26,112 bases of DNA, from positions 1 to 26,112 of the forward strand of contig DATHGL010000419.1 in NCBI GenBank assembly GCA_035317625.1, in the 5' to 3' direction. The notes below the pieces were generated by a model. It did not search any database, was not told where the DNA came from, and was given only the letters and a program-made list of their open reading frames with translations. The position numbers and the translations under genes are program-made. Position 1 is the stretch's first letter; the number at the start of each line of letters is the position of its first letter. Below are positions 16,447-24,236 of this stretch, piece by piece. Origin of the DNA: Gemmatimonadales bacterium. GTDB lineage: Bacteria > Gemmatimonadota > Gemmatimonadetes > Gemmatimonadales > GWC2-71-9.

Positions 16447-16784
16447 CGCAGCGCCGCGTCCGCCAGCTGCCGCGCCTGCGCGCCCGCGGGCGACCCCGGC
16501 CGCACCCGACCCACCAGCGTCCCCGCGCTATCCACGATCGCCAGGTCGGACTCGGCGAGCGCTGCGCTGTCGGTGCGGACCGACAGGGCCCACTCGTGCC
16601 GCGCCGCGACCATCTGGAGCCGGCCCACCAACCGGTCGACGACGTTCGCCGGCAGGTAGACCGTCACCACGGTCCCGGCGTCGGCGGGCGGCGGGCTCGC
16701 GCGCGGGGCTTGTCGGCACGCGAGACCCGCGCCGGCCAGGCTCCACGCGAGCAGGTGGCGGCGTGTGGCGTCGATCGCTCTCAT
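16443..16784 (-). CDS. Hypothetical exported protein, possible Tat lipoprotein (113 aa)
   Basis: MRAIDATRRHLLAWSLAGAGLAC has a twin-Arg-like motif and lipobox GLAC. TACAAT lies 7 nt before ATG 16784. Stop is coupled to the DinB-like gene. Confidence 0.65.
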   Translation of the reverse strand: MRAIDATRRHLLAWSLAGAGLACRQAPRASPPPADAGTVVTVYLPANVVDRLVGRLQMVAARHEWALSVRTDSAALAESDLAIVDSAGTLVGRVRPGSPAGAQARQLADAALR

Positions 16785-16800
16785 ACCCAAGATTGTACGA
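16785..16800. promoter_or_regulatory. 16-bp bidirectional leaderless promoter core
   Basis: TACAAT (-, 16797-16792) is 7 nt from ATG 16784. AAGATT (+, 16789-16794) is 6 nt from GTG 16801. Confidence 0.6.
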
Positions 16801-18003
16801 GTGAACCTCCTGCGCCGCCACCCGACCGCGGTTGCGCTCATCGCGCTCCTCGTGTTCTCCGCACTCACTCCCCTCCCTCCGATCGTGGACGCCGTGAGCG
16901 GCGCGCCCCCGCCGGACGTGGACCTCGTCCGCCCCATGCTGTACACCGTGCTCGCGCCGCTCTCGAACGTACTGGACGCCCTCACATTTCTGACCACGGA
17001 GCGCGCTACGGCGTTCTTGGTCGTGTGGACCCCGGCGCTCGCCCTGTGGGGGCTCGCGCGTCGCGGCTCGGTGCGGCGGCGGCTCCTGGCGGCGCTGCTC
17101 GGCGCCCTCGCGCCCGCACTGCTGGGTGTCGCGGCGGTGCTGCTCCCGCGCCCCGTTCCCCGCCTCGTGGCGGCGGACTCGACACTGACCGTCATCGACT
17201 ACCACGCGCACACGGTCGCATCCCACGACGGGCGCCGCGGCTGGACGCTCGAGCAGCTGGCGCAATGGCACGCCGCCCAGGGGTTCGGCGCCTCCTACGT
17301 CACCGACCACAACGTCGTCTTCAACGGCGGGATCGACGACCCGATCCGTCTCCTCCCCGGGGTCGAATGGAGCGTGTACGACCAGCACGTCGTCGCGCTC
17401 GGATCGGTGACGCCCGTGGACCGGGCGGCGTTCAGCCGCGACACCCGCGCGATGCTCGGCCTGTTCGCCGAGCTGCACCGCCACGGCGCGATCGGCATCG
17501 CGGCGCTCCCCGAGTACTGGCGCAGGCACTGGGGCGACCTGGACGCCTTCGTGGCGGCTGGCGTCGACGGCTTCGAGATCGTGGACTGCGCCCCCAAGGC
17601 GATCGGCTTCCCGGCGGCGGCGCGCGCGGAGATCCTGCGGCTCGCCGAGGCGCACGATCTTCTGGTGGTGGGCGCAAGCGACAATCACGGCTGGGGCAAG
17701 GTGACGTGCGTGTGGAACCTCTCCAGTCCGAGCGCGCACGGTTACCGATCCAACCGCGTGATCGCCCGACCCATCGCGCTCGCCCAGGGCGACTGGCAGC
17801 CGTGGACCGCCGCGTACACCCAACCGTGGCTCATGCTCGAGGGGCTGTCGCGGAGCGAGCGGTCCAGCTGGATCACCTGGATCCTGGTCATCTTGATCTA
17901 CCGGGCCGTGCCCCGGCGTGACGGCGACCCCGGGGGGATCGGGATCTTGGCGCGCAGCCTGTCGCTGAAGATTCTCAGGCTGCGGCGGCCCCCGCCCAGC
18001 TGA
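16801..18003 (+). CDS. Membrane-anchored PHP-domain phosphoesterase-like protein (400 aa)
   Basis: N-terminal TM helices, DYHAHT..SHDG, VTDHN, PGVEWS, HVVAL, GASDNHG, and a C-terminal TM. Likely start GTG 16801. Confidence 0.8.
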   Translation: MNLLRRHPTAVALIALLVFSALTPLPPIVDAVSGAPPPDVDLVRPMLYTVLAPLSNVLDALTFLTTERATAFLVVWTPALALWGLARRGSVRRRLLAALLGALAPALLGVAAVLLPRPVPRLVAADSTLTVIDYHAHTVASHDGRRGWTLEQLAQWHAAQGFGASYVTDHNVVFNGGIDDPIRLLPGVEWSVYDQHVVALGSVTPVDRAAFSRDTRAMLGLFAELHRHGAIGIAALPEYWRRHWGDLDAFVAAGVDGFEIVDCAPKAIGFPAAARAEILRLAEAHDLLVVGASDNHGWGKVTCVWNLSSPSAHGYRSNRVIARPIALAQGDWQPWTAAYTQPWLMLEGLSRSERSSWITWILVILIYRAVPRRDGDPGGIGILARSLSLKILRLRRPPPS

Positions 18004-18006
18004 GAG

Positions 18007-18876
18007 GTGCCCGAGCTCCGTCTCCTCCGTGCGGGCGACGAAGCCGCCCTCGACACCTTCCTGGCCGGCCATGCGGACACATCCATGTTCCTGCGCGCCA
18101 ACGCCCGGACCGCCGGCCTCATGGACCGGGGCGAGCCGCTGCAGGGCACGTACGTGGCGACGTTCGAGGGCGGCCGGATCGCCGGCGTTGCGGCGCACTA
18201 TTGGAACGGGATGGTGTTGGTACAGGCGCCCGAGCGAGAGCACGCGGCGGCCGCGGCGCGCGAAGCGGTGCGGCGGTCGGGCCGCCCGGTCACCGGGTTC
18301 TCGGGGCCGTGGGATCAAGTGGTCACGGCGCGCCAGGGGCTCGGCCTCGCCTCGGCCCCGGCGCTGAAAGACAGCCGCGACGAGCTCTACGTGGTCGACC
18401 TCGCGCGCCTTGCCCTGCCCACGGGGCTCGCCGCCGGCGAGCTGCGCTGCCGCCATCCCGCCGCGGGCGAGCTCGATCTGCTCGCGGACTGGCGCGTGCG
18501 TTTTTCCATCGAAGCACTCGGCGCGGTGGACGGACCCGAGCTGCGCCGCGCGAGCCGCGCCGACGTGCTGCTCCACCACGACCGCGGCGCCGACTGGGTG
18601 CTTGTCGCCGATTCGCGGCCCGTCTCGTATGCGGTGTTCAACGCGATGCTGCCGGAGATCGTGCAGATCGGCGGCGTGTGGACGCCGCCCGAGTGCCGGG
18701 GCCGAGGCTACGCGCGCTCCGTGGTCGCGGGCTCGCTCGTCGCGGCGCGCAAGCAGGGGGTGCAGCGGGCGGTGCTGTTCGCAGACCCGCTCAACGCCGC
18801 GGCCCGGGCGGCGTACCTGGCCCTCGGGTTCCGGATCGTCGGGGACTACGGCCTGGTGCTGCTCGCCCCGGCCTGA
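18007..18876 (+). CDS. GNAT family N-acetyltransferase (C-terminal GNAT domain)
   Basis: QIGGVWTPPECRGRGYA (motif A) and NAAARAAYLALGF (motif B). Confidence 0.88.
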   Translation: MPELRLLRAGDEAALDTFLAGHADTSMFLRANARTAGLMDRGEPLQGTYVATFEGGRIAGVAAHYWNGMVLVQAPEREHAAAAAREAVRRSGRPVTGFSGPWDQVVTARQGLGLASAPALKDSRDELYVVDLARLALPTGLAAGELRCRHPAAGELDLLADWRVRFSIEALGAVDGPELRRASRADVLLHHDRGADWVLVADSRPVSYAVFNAMLPEIVQIGGVWTPPECRGRGYARSVVAGSLVAARKQGVQRAVLFADPLNAAARAAYLALGFRIVGDYGLVLLAPA

Positions 18877-18886
18877 GGCCGCCGCC

Positions 18887-19711
18887 CTACACCACCGCCG
18901 ACAGATTCAAGAGCGTCCGCCACGCCCGAAACACCGCGCCATACTCGGCATGCGTGAACGCCACCGTGCGCCCCGCGGTGCGCGTGGCCCCGGGGCACAG
19001 CTCCGCCATGTCCGCGTGGATCGTCAGGGCGAAGTCGACCTCCAGCGCCACCGGCGCGCGCAGGACGAAGGGAGCGTGTCGGCGCTTGAGCGCCTGCGTG
19101 ACCTCGTCCCGAATCATGCGGCAGGCGACCGCGGGCGCCACGCTCTTCGCGGCGTGGCGGCTGACGGCTTCCTTCACGACGACGGTTGCGACGCCGTCCC
19201 CGAGCAGATCCTTCGCTTCGGCCGCGAGCGCCGCGTCGCCGCTGACGAGGGCCACCGGCACGCCATGCACGCCGGCGAGCGCGGCGTTGATGCCGAGCTC
19301 GCCGACGGGGCGGCCGTTCAGGCGCACTTCGTAGATGCGATCGGCGTAGGTGTGGTCCAGGATGGCGTGGCGCGTACCGGCGCGCGCGTGGTAGCCGATG
19401 AACACCGCCGCGTCGAACCCGGCGTCGATCCCCTCGACCATCGACTGCGGCTTGGGATCGCCGGCCACGAGCTCCGCCCCCGGGTGGAGCTCTTCGGCGA
19501 GCAGATTGCGCATGAACCAGTGGCTGTCGTTCACGACGATCCGCGTGGCGCCGGCGGCGAGGGCGCCATCAACGCCGGCGTTCGCTTCTGCGGTCATGAG
19601 GCGGCGGAACCGCCCGTACTCGCCGGCGCACGCCGGGGTGACCGGGTCGGTTTGAGACTCGTGGACGACGCCGGCAATCCCTTCCATGTCGACAGAGATG
19701 TAGACGCGCAT
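18887..19711 (-). CDS. dppA: D-aminopeptidase, peptidase M55
   Basis: MRVYISVDMEGIAGV, VNDSH, GYHA, LDHT, LVSGD. TAGCTT lies 7 nt upstream of the ATG. Confidence 0.93.
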   Translation of the reverse strand: MRVYISVDMEGIAGVVHESQTDPVTPACAGEYGRFRRLMTAEANAGVDGALAAGATRIVVNDSHWFMRNLLAEELHPGAELVAGDPKPQSMVEGIDAGFDAAVFIGYHARAGTRHAILDHTYADRIYEVRLNGRPVGELGINAALAGVHGVPVALVSGDAALAAEAKDLLGDGVATVVVKEAVSRHAAKSVAPAVACRMIRDEVTQALKRRHAPFVLRAPVALEVDFALTIHADMAELCPGATRTAGRTVAFTHAEYGAVFRAWRTLLNLSAVV

Positions 19712-19736
19712 GGCCTCAAAGCTATCTTTCGATGCG

Positions 19737-19753
19737 ACTTTGTATTACAAAGT
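19737..19753. promoter_or_regulatory. Perfect palindromic operator ACTTTGTA-T-TACAAAGT
   Basis: 8-bp arms with a 1-nt spacer, 2 bp upstream of TTGACA, between divergent promoters. Confidence 0.8.
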
Positions 19754-19755
19754 AC

Positions 19756-19784
19756 TTGACATTGCTGCCGCGAAGTCGCATCGT
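19756..19784 (+). promoter_or_regulatory. Sigma70-type promoter TTGACA-N17-CATCGT, leaderless to ATG 19792
   Basis: Perfect -35 at 19756-19761, 17-bp spacer, weak -10 at 19779-19784, ATG 7 nt later. Confidence 0.7.
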
Positions 19785-19791
19785 GTACGTC

Positions 19792-20376
19792 ATGGTCGCT
19801 CCCCGGCCGCTGCATGACCGCGCCCTCGACAACCTCCGCTACATCCGACAAACGATGGAGCGCGCGGGGTCGTTCACCGCGGTGCCCGGCTGGGGGCAGG
19901 TCGCGGTCGGGGCCACGGCCCTCGCCGCCGCGTGGCTCGCCGCGCGCCAGCCCACTCCGGAGCTGTGGCTCGCCACCTGGCTCGGTGCCGCCATCGTGGC
20001 GCTCGCGATCGGCGGCACGGCGATGGTCCGGAAGGCGTACGCGGTGAACGACCCAATCCTCTCCGGCCCCGGACGGCGGTTCGGCCTCAGCTTTCTGCCG
20101 CCGATGGTGGTCGGCGGGCTCCTCACCGTGGTGCTGTACCGCGCCGGCCTGGCGCACGCGCTCCCCGGCACCTGGCTGCTCTTGTACGGCACCGGGTTCG
20201 TGACCGGAGGCGCGTTTTCGGTCCGGATCGTCCCGGTGATGGGCGTGTGTTTCATGCTCGTCGGCTCCGTGGCGCTGTTCGGGCCCGCAGCGTGGGGAAA
20301 TTGGCTGATGGCCGTGGGATTCGGCGGCCTGCACATCGTGTTCGGCACGATCATTGCCTGGAGGTACGGTGGCTAA
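19792..20376 (+). CDS. Hypothetical integral membrane protein (about 6 TM, 194 aa)
   Basis: ALDNLRYIRQTMERAG followed by hydrophobic helices. The 19732 start would run through the operator and promoter, so ATG 19792 is preferred. Confidence 0.8.
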   Translation: MVAPRPLHDRALDNLRYIRQTMERAGSFTAVPGWGQVAVGATALAAAWLAARQPTPELWLATWLGAAIVALAIGGTAMVRKAYAVNDPILSGPGRRFGLSFLPPMVVGGLLTVVLYRAGLAHALPGTWLLLYGTGFVTGGAFSVRIVPVMGVCFMLVGSVALFGPAAWGNWLMAVGFGGLHIVFGTIIAWRYGG

Positions 20377-20737
20377 ACAGGGAGCGGCCCGGAAGACCGA
20401 GGCGGTCGAGCATGGGCTGAAGGGCGAGCGCGGTGGATTGCGCGCCGCCGAGCTCGACCGGCTGATCCACGAGCGGGTGCGTCTCGGCATCGTGAGCGCG
20501 CTTGCGGTGAACGATGCATTGAGTTTCAACCAGCTGAAGGCCCTGCTCAAGACGACGGACGGCAACTTGAGCGTGCACGCGCGCCGCCTCGAGGAGGCGC
20601 AGTACATCACCTGCGCCAAGTCGTTCGAGGGGCGGATCCCGAAGACCGAGTATCGGCTCAGCGCCGCCGGTCGGCGGGCGCTGGAACGCTACCTCGACCA
20701 CATGGAAGCCCTGATTCACGCCACCCGACAGGGGTGA
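20369..20737 (+). CDS. Winged-helix transcriptional regulator (MarR_2 / HTH_34-like)
   Basis: [57 protein letters not shown] 20369 has GGAGGT upstream. Confidence 0.9.
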   Translation: MAKQGAARKTEAVEHGLKGERGGLRAAELDRLIHERVRLGIVSALAVNDALSFNQLKALLKTTDGNLSVHARRLEEAQYITCAKSFEGRIPKTEYRLSAAGRRALERYLDHMEALIHATRQG

Positions 20738-20749
20738 GGCATTTTTTTT
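20720..20749 (+). terminator. Possible weak intrinsic terminator between the regulator and uppS
   Basis: CACCC-GACAG-GGGTG stem-loop with two extra pairs past a bulge, followed by A and T8 (20742-20749). Confidence 0.35.
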
Positions 20750-20757
20750 GAGGTGCA

Positions 20758-20774
20758 ACTTTATGCTACAAAGC
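20758..20774. promoter_or_regulatory. Degenerate second copy of the 19737 operator overlapping the uppS start codon
   Basis: ACTTTATGCTACAAAGC matches ACTTTGTATTACAAAGT at 13 of 17 positions. ATG at 20763 lies inside it. Confidence 0.65.
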
Positions 20775-21398
20775 TCTTCTCTCCACGTCGCCATCGTGAT
20801 GGACGGCAACGGCCGCTGGGCCACCCGTCGGGGCCTGCCCCGCGCCGCCGGCCACCGCGCCGGCGCCGAGGCCGTGCGGCGGGCGGTCGAGGCCGCGCCC
20901 GGGCTCGGGGTCGCCGCGCTCACACTGTACGCGTTCTCCGCCGACAACTGGAAACGCCCCCCGGGGGAAGTCGCCGCGCTGATGCGCCTGCTCGCCCGTT
21001 ACCTGCGTACCGAAACCCCTCGGCTCGTGAAGAACGGCGTGCGGCTCGAGCTGGTCGGTCGGCGCGACCGGCTGCCCGCCCCCTTGGTCGCCGCCATCGC
21101 CGCCGCGGAAGGCGCCACGGCGGGCGGCGCGCGCCTCCGGTTGCGACTCGCGGTCGACTACTCCTCCCGCTGGGCGATCGGCGCGGGCGCGATCCTTCCC
21201 GACGTGGATCTCCTCATCCGCACCGGCGGCGAGCAGCGGCTCTCCGACTTCCTGCTATGGGAGTGCGCGTACGCGGAGCTCCACTTCACCACGACGATGT
21301 GGCCGGACTTCGGGGCCGTGGAGCTGGCCGCCGCGGTCACCGACTTCCACGCGCGCACGCGCCGCTTTGGCGGGCTACCGGAGGCGGCGGCAGGATGA
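20763..21398 (+). CDS. uppS: cis-prenyltransferase (undecaprenyl diphosphate synthase family), short form (211 aa)
   Basis: [65 protein letters not shown] 20763 has GAGG upstream. Confidence 0.9.
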   Translation: MLQSSSLHVAIVMDGNGRWATRRGLPRAAGHRAGAEAVRRAVEAAPGLGVAALTLYAFSADNWKRPPGEVAALMRLLARYLRTETPRLVKNGVRLELVGRRDRLPAPLVAAIAAAEGATAGGARLRLRLAVDYSSRWAIGAGAILPDVDLLIRTGGEQRLSDFLLWECAYAELHFTTTMWPDFGAVELAAAVTDFHARTRRFGGLPEAAAG

Positions 21399-22897
21399 GC
21401 GCCATCAGCGACAGGACGAGGCTCGGCCTCGAGATCCTCGGCGCAGGCGTGGTGCTCGGGATCACGGGCGACGGGCTGTTGCGCGCCACGCCGTGGGGGC
21501 TCAATGCCCTCCTCTGCACCACGGGGCTCGTCACGGCCGCGGTGTGGCTGGTGCGTCGCCACCGCGTCGCGGTGAGCGCCGACGCGCCGTGGCTCGGGGC
21601 GGCGGCCCTCCTCGTCGCATCGACGTTCGTCGCCCGCGACTCGCGCACGCTCCACGCATTCGACACCATCGGCCTGACGATCGTCCTGGCGGTCTCCTTC
21701 ATGAGCATCCAGGGAGTCGGGCTGCGCGGTCGCCAGGCGTGGCACTACGTGCGGGCCGGCTTCGACGCCGCCGTAAGCGCGTGGATCGGCGTGTTCCCCC
21801 TCATCGGTCGCGACGTGACGTGGAGCGAGCTGCCTCGGGGCGGCCGGCTGGGGCAGGCGCGTGCGGTCGCGCTCGGGGTCGCCCTGGCCTTTCCGTTGCT
21901 GGTCGTCTTCGGCGGCCTGTTCAGCTCGGCGGATGCCGTGTTTCACGACGTCGCATCCGATCTCTTCGCGATCGACTTCGACTCCGTGCGGGGGCACCTC
22001 GGGCTGTTCGGGATCTTCACGGCACTCACGGCGGGATATCTGCGCGGCGCGCTGCTCCGCGCGGCTCCATCGCGCTCGGTCGCGGAGGGCGACTCCCGTC
22101 TGTCCCTTGGCATCATTCCGGTGGCCACGGCGCTGGGCCTGGTCGATCTGCTGTTCCTCATGTTCGTCGTTATTCAGCTGCGCTACCTGTTCGGCGGCGC
22201 GGAGCTGATTGCCACCGCCACCGGCCTGACATACGCCGAGTACGCCCGGCGGGGATTCTTCGAGCTCGTGACCGCCAGTGCGCTGGTGCTCCCCCTGCTC
22301 GCCGGCGCCGACTGGTTGCTGCGGAACGAGTCGCGCGAGCACCAACGGACGTTCCGGCAGGTCGCGATCGTGCTGCTCCTGTTGCTCGCGGTGGTGATGG
22401 CGTCCGCGCTGGCGCGCATGCGCCTCTACGTCGGTGCGTTCGGACTGTCGGAAATCCGCGTCTACTCGACGGCCTTCATGCTCTACCTCGCAGGCGTCTT
22501 CGCCTGGTTCGCGTGGACCACCCTGCGCGGGGAGCGCCGGCGCTTCGCCTTCGGCGCCCTGGTCCTGGGGTTTGTGGTGCTGGGTGGCCTGCACCTGGTC
22601 AATCCCGACGCGCTCATCGTCCGGACCAACCTGGCACGCCCCCCCGCCGAACGGCCATTCGACGGCTGGTATGCCGCCTCGCTCAGCGCCGATGCCGTGC
22701 CGTTGTTGCTGGAAGCGCTCCCCCGTCTTGACGGACGCCAGCAGTGCACCGTTGCGGCGGGACTCCGCGAGCAACTCGGGAGGCTCGAGCGCGATGACTG
22801 GCGCAACTGGAACTTCGCCCGGGCCCAGGCTCGTCGCCTGTTGCGCGACCAGTCGGCCCGTCTGCAGACGGACGTCTGCCCGAAGGCCCGGTCATGA
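21395..22897 (+). CDS. DUF4153/DUF4173-type polytopic membrane protein (500 aa)
   Basis: [58 protein letters not shown] overlap with uppS. Confidence 0.82.
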   Translation: MSAISDRTRLGLEILGAGVVLGITGDGLLRATPWGLNALLCTTGLVTAAVWLVRRHRVAVSADAPWLGAAALLVASTFVARDSRTLHAFDTIGLTIVLAVSFMSIQGVGLRGRQAWHYVRAGFDAAVSAWIGVFPLIGRDVTWSELPRGGRLGQARAVALGVALAFPLLVVFGGLFSSADAVFHDVASDLFAIDFDSVRGHLGLFGIFTALTAGYLRGALLRAAPSRSVAEGDSRLSLGIIPVATALGLVDLLFLMFVVIQLRYLFGGAELIATATGLTYAEYARRGFFELVTASALVLPLLAGADWLLRNESREHQRTFRQVAIVLLLLLAVVMASALARMRLYVGAFGLSEIRVYSTAFMLYLAGVFAWFAWTTLRGERRRFAFGALVLGFVVLGGLHLVNPDALIVRTNLARPPAERPFDGWYAASLSADAVPLLLEALPRLDGRQQCTVAAGLREQLGRLERDDWRNWNFARAQARRLLRDQSARLQTDVCPKARS

Positions 22898-22958
22898 TCA
22901 CAGCCCGTTCCTGAGCCGCGACCCTCGCCGCGGGCGGGAAGCAGGCTACCTTAGAGAC

Positions 22959-23747
22959 ATGGGTCTGCAGATCGTCCAGGTGGACGCCTTCGCGAACCGC
23001 CCCTTCGGCGGCAACCCCGCGGCCGTGTGCATTCTGGCCGAGCCCCGGGACGAGCGCTGGATGCAGGACGTGGCGCGCGAGATGAATGTCGCCGAAACGG
23101 CCTTCCTCCACCCCGAGAACGAGGGCTACCGGCTCCGCTGGTTCACGCCCGTGCTCGAGGTCGCGCTGTGCGGTCACGCGACCCTCGCGAGCGCGCACGT
23201 CCTGTGGGAGGACGGCCATCTCCCGGCGGGGCGGCAGGCCCGGTTCCACACGCAGAGCGGGTTGCTCACCGCCGACCGCCGGGACGACTGGATCGAGCTC
23301 GACTTCCCCGCCACGCCCCCGGTGGCCGCGCCGCCGCCTCCCGGCCTCGCCGCCGCCCTCCGCGTCGCGGCCCGCTGGGTGGGGCGGAGCAAGTTCGACT
23401 ATCTCGTCGAGGTCGATTCCGAAGACGCGGTGCGCGGTCTCAAGCCCGACCTGTTCGCGCTCGAGCGGATCGAGGCGCGCGGGATCATCGTGACGAGCCG
23501 CGCCACGACGGCGGGCTATGACTTCGTGTCGCGCTTCTTCGCGCCCCGGAGCGGCGTGCCGGAAGATCCGGCCACCGGCTCCGCCCACTGCGCGCTGGCG
23601 CCGTTCTGGGGCGAGCGTCTCGGGCGCACGGCAATGACGGCCTACCAGGCGTCGGCCCGCGGGGGCGTCATCCGCGTCCGGCTCGCCGGCGACCGCGTCG
23701 TGCTCGGCGGTCAAGCGGTCACCGTGCTGCGCGGAGAGCTCGTGTGA
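22959..23747 (+). CDS. PhzF family isomerase/epimerase (262 aa)
   Basis: VQVDAFANRPFGGNPAAV, EMNVAETAF, LRWFTP.EVALCGHATLA, EDPATGSAHC. TACCTT lies 6 nt before ATG 22959. Confidence 0.93.
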   Translation: MGLQIVQVDAFANRPFGGNPAAVCILAEPRDERWMQDVAREMNVAETAFLHPENEGYRLRWFTPVLEVALCGHATLASAHVLWEDGHLPAGRQARFHTQSGLLTADRRDDWIELDFPATPPVAAPPPPGLAAALRVAARWVGRSKFDYLVEVDSEDAVRGLKPDLFALERIEARGIIVTSRATTAGYDFVSRFFAPRSGVPEDPATGSAHCALAPFWGERLGRTAMTAYQASARGGVIRVRLAGDRVVLGGQAVTVLRGELV

Positions 23748-24217
23748 AGCCGGTGCGCTTCGAATGCAGCGGCTCTCCCGCCGACGCCCGGGCCCGGCTC
23801 GAAGCCGTCATCGACGGCCGCCCCTGGAACACCGCCGGCATGGACGGCTGGATCCGCGGCGAGAGCGTGGTCCTCTACTACCGCGATGGGGCCAAGTATC
23901 GGGCCTTATTCCGGCCCACCTTCGTAGGGCGCTTCCGCGAGCGTGAGGGGCGGACGGTGCTGGACGGCCGGTTCCGCATGACCTGGTTCGCGCGCGCCCT
24001 GCTGCCGGTCTGGCTGGCGCCGGCGATCGTGTGCCTCGTCGTCGCGCTCGCCCCCACCCGGCTCGAGCCCCAGACCCCGGGCATCCGGATCGCCCTGGCG
24101 CTGCTGGGCGGCTTGCTCGGCGCGCTGGCGTTCGGCCGGTTCGCCCTCGAATGGTGGGGCCGGCCGGGAGACGTCGCCGCGGTCTCGCAGGCCATTCGGA
24201 CGGCCGTCAAGCCCTAA
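23744..24217 (+). CDS. Hypothetical membrane protein (two C-terminal TM helices)
   Basis: GTGA overlap with the PhzF stop. Two hydrophobic segments. Confidence 0.65.
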   Translation: MKPVRFECSGSPADARARLEAVIDGRPWNTAGMDGWIRGESVVLYYRDGAKYRALFRPTFVGRFREREGRTVLDGRFRMTWFARALLPVWLAPAIVCLVVALAPTRLEPQTPGIRIALALLGGLLGALAFGRFALEWWGRPGDVAAVSQAIRTAVKP

Positions 24218-24236
24218 GGGCTCTCTCCTTCGGCCC

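Noticed and set aside
16149-18579. Long alternative ORFs (16149..17921 +, 16528..18579 -), and similar ones at 2152..3738, 2784..4598, 10998..12377, 18410..19759 and 21158..22774
   Set aside because: They overlap motif-bearing genes, are R/A/G/P-rich with no motifs, and are expected from stop-codon scarcity at high GC.
20753-22897. 714-aa ORF suggesting a uppS-DUF4153 fusion or frameshift
   Set aside because: The first part is an off-frame reading of uppS. The two genes have separate frames with a clean ATGA overlap at 21395-21398.
22434-23747. 437-aa PhzF with an N-terminal extension
   Set aside because: The extension overlaps the DUF4153 gene. The PhzF motif begins right after ATG 22959, which has its own -10.
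22959-23747. PhzF gene as evidence of phenazine biosynthesis
   Set aside because: No other phz genes are present, and stand-alone PhzF-like isomerases are widespread.
24211-24230. GCCC-TAA-GGGC hairpin plus pyrimidine tract, and a minus-strand AAGGAG before ORF 23878..24210
   Set aside because: A 4-bp stem with a 3-nt loop is too weak. The antisense ORF has no motif and the SD spacing is too long.
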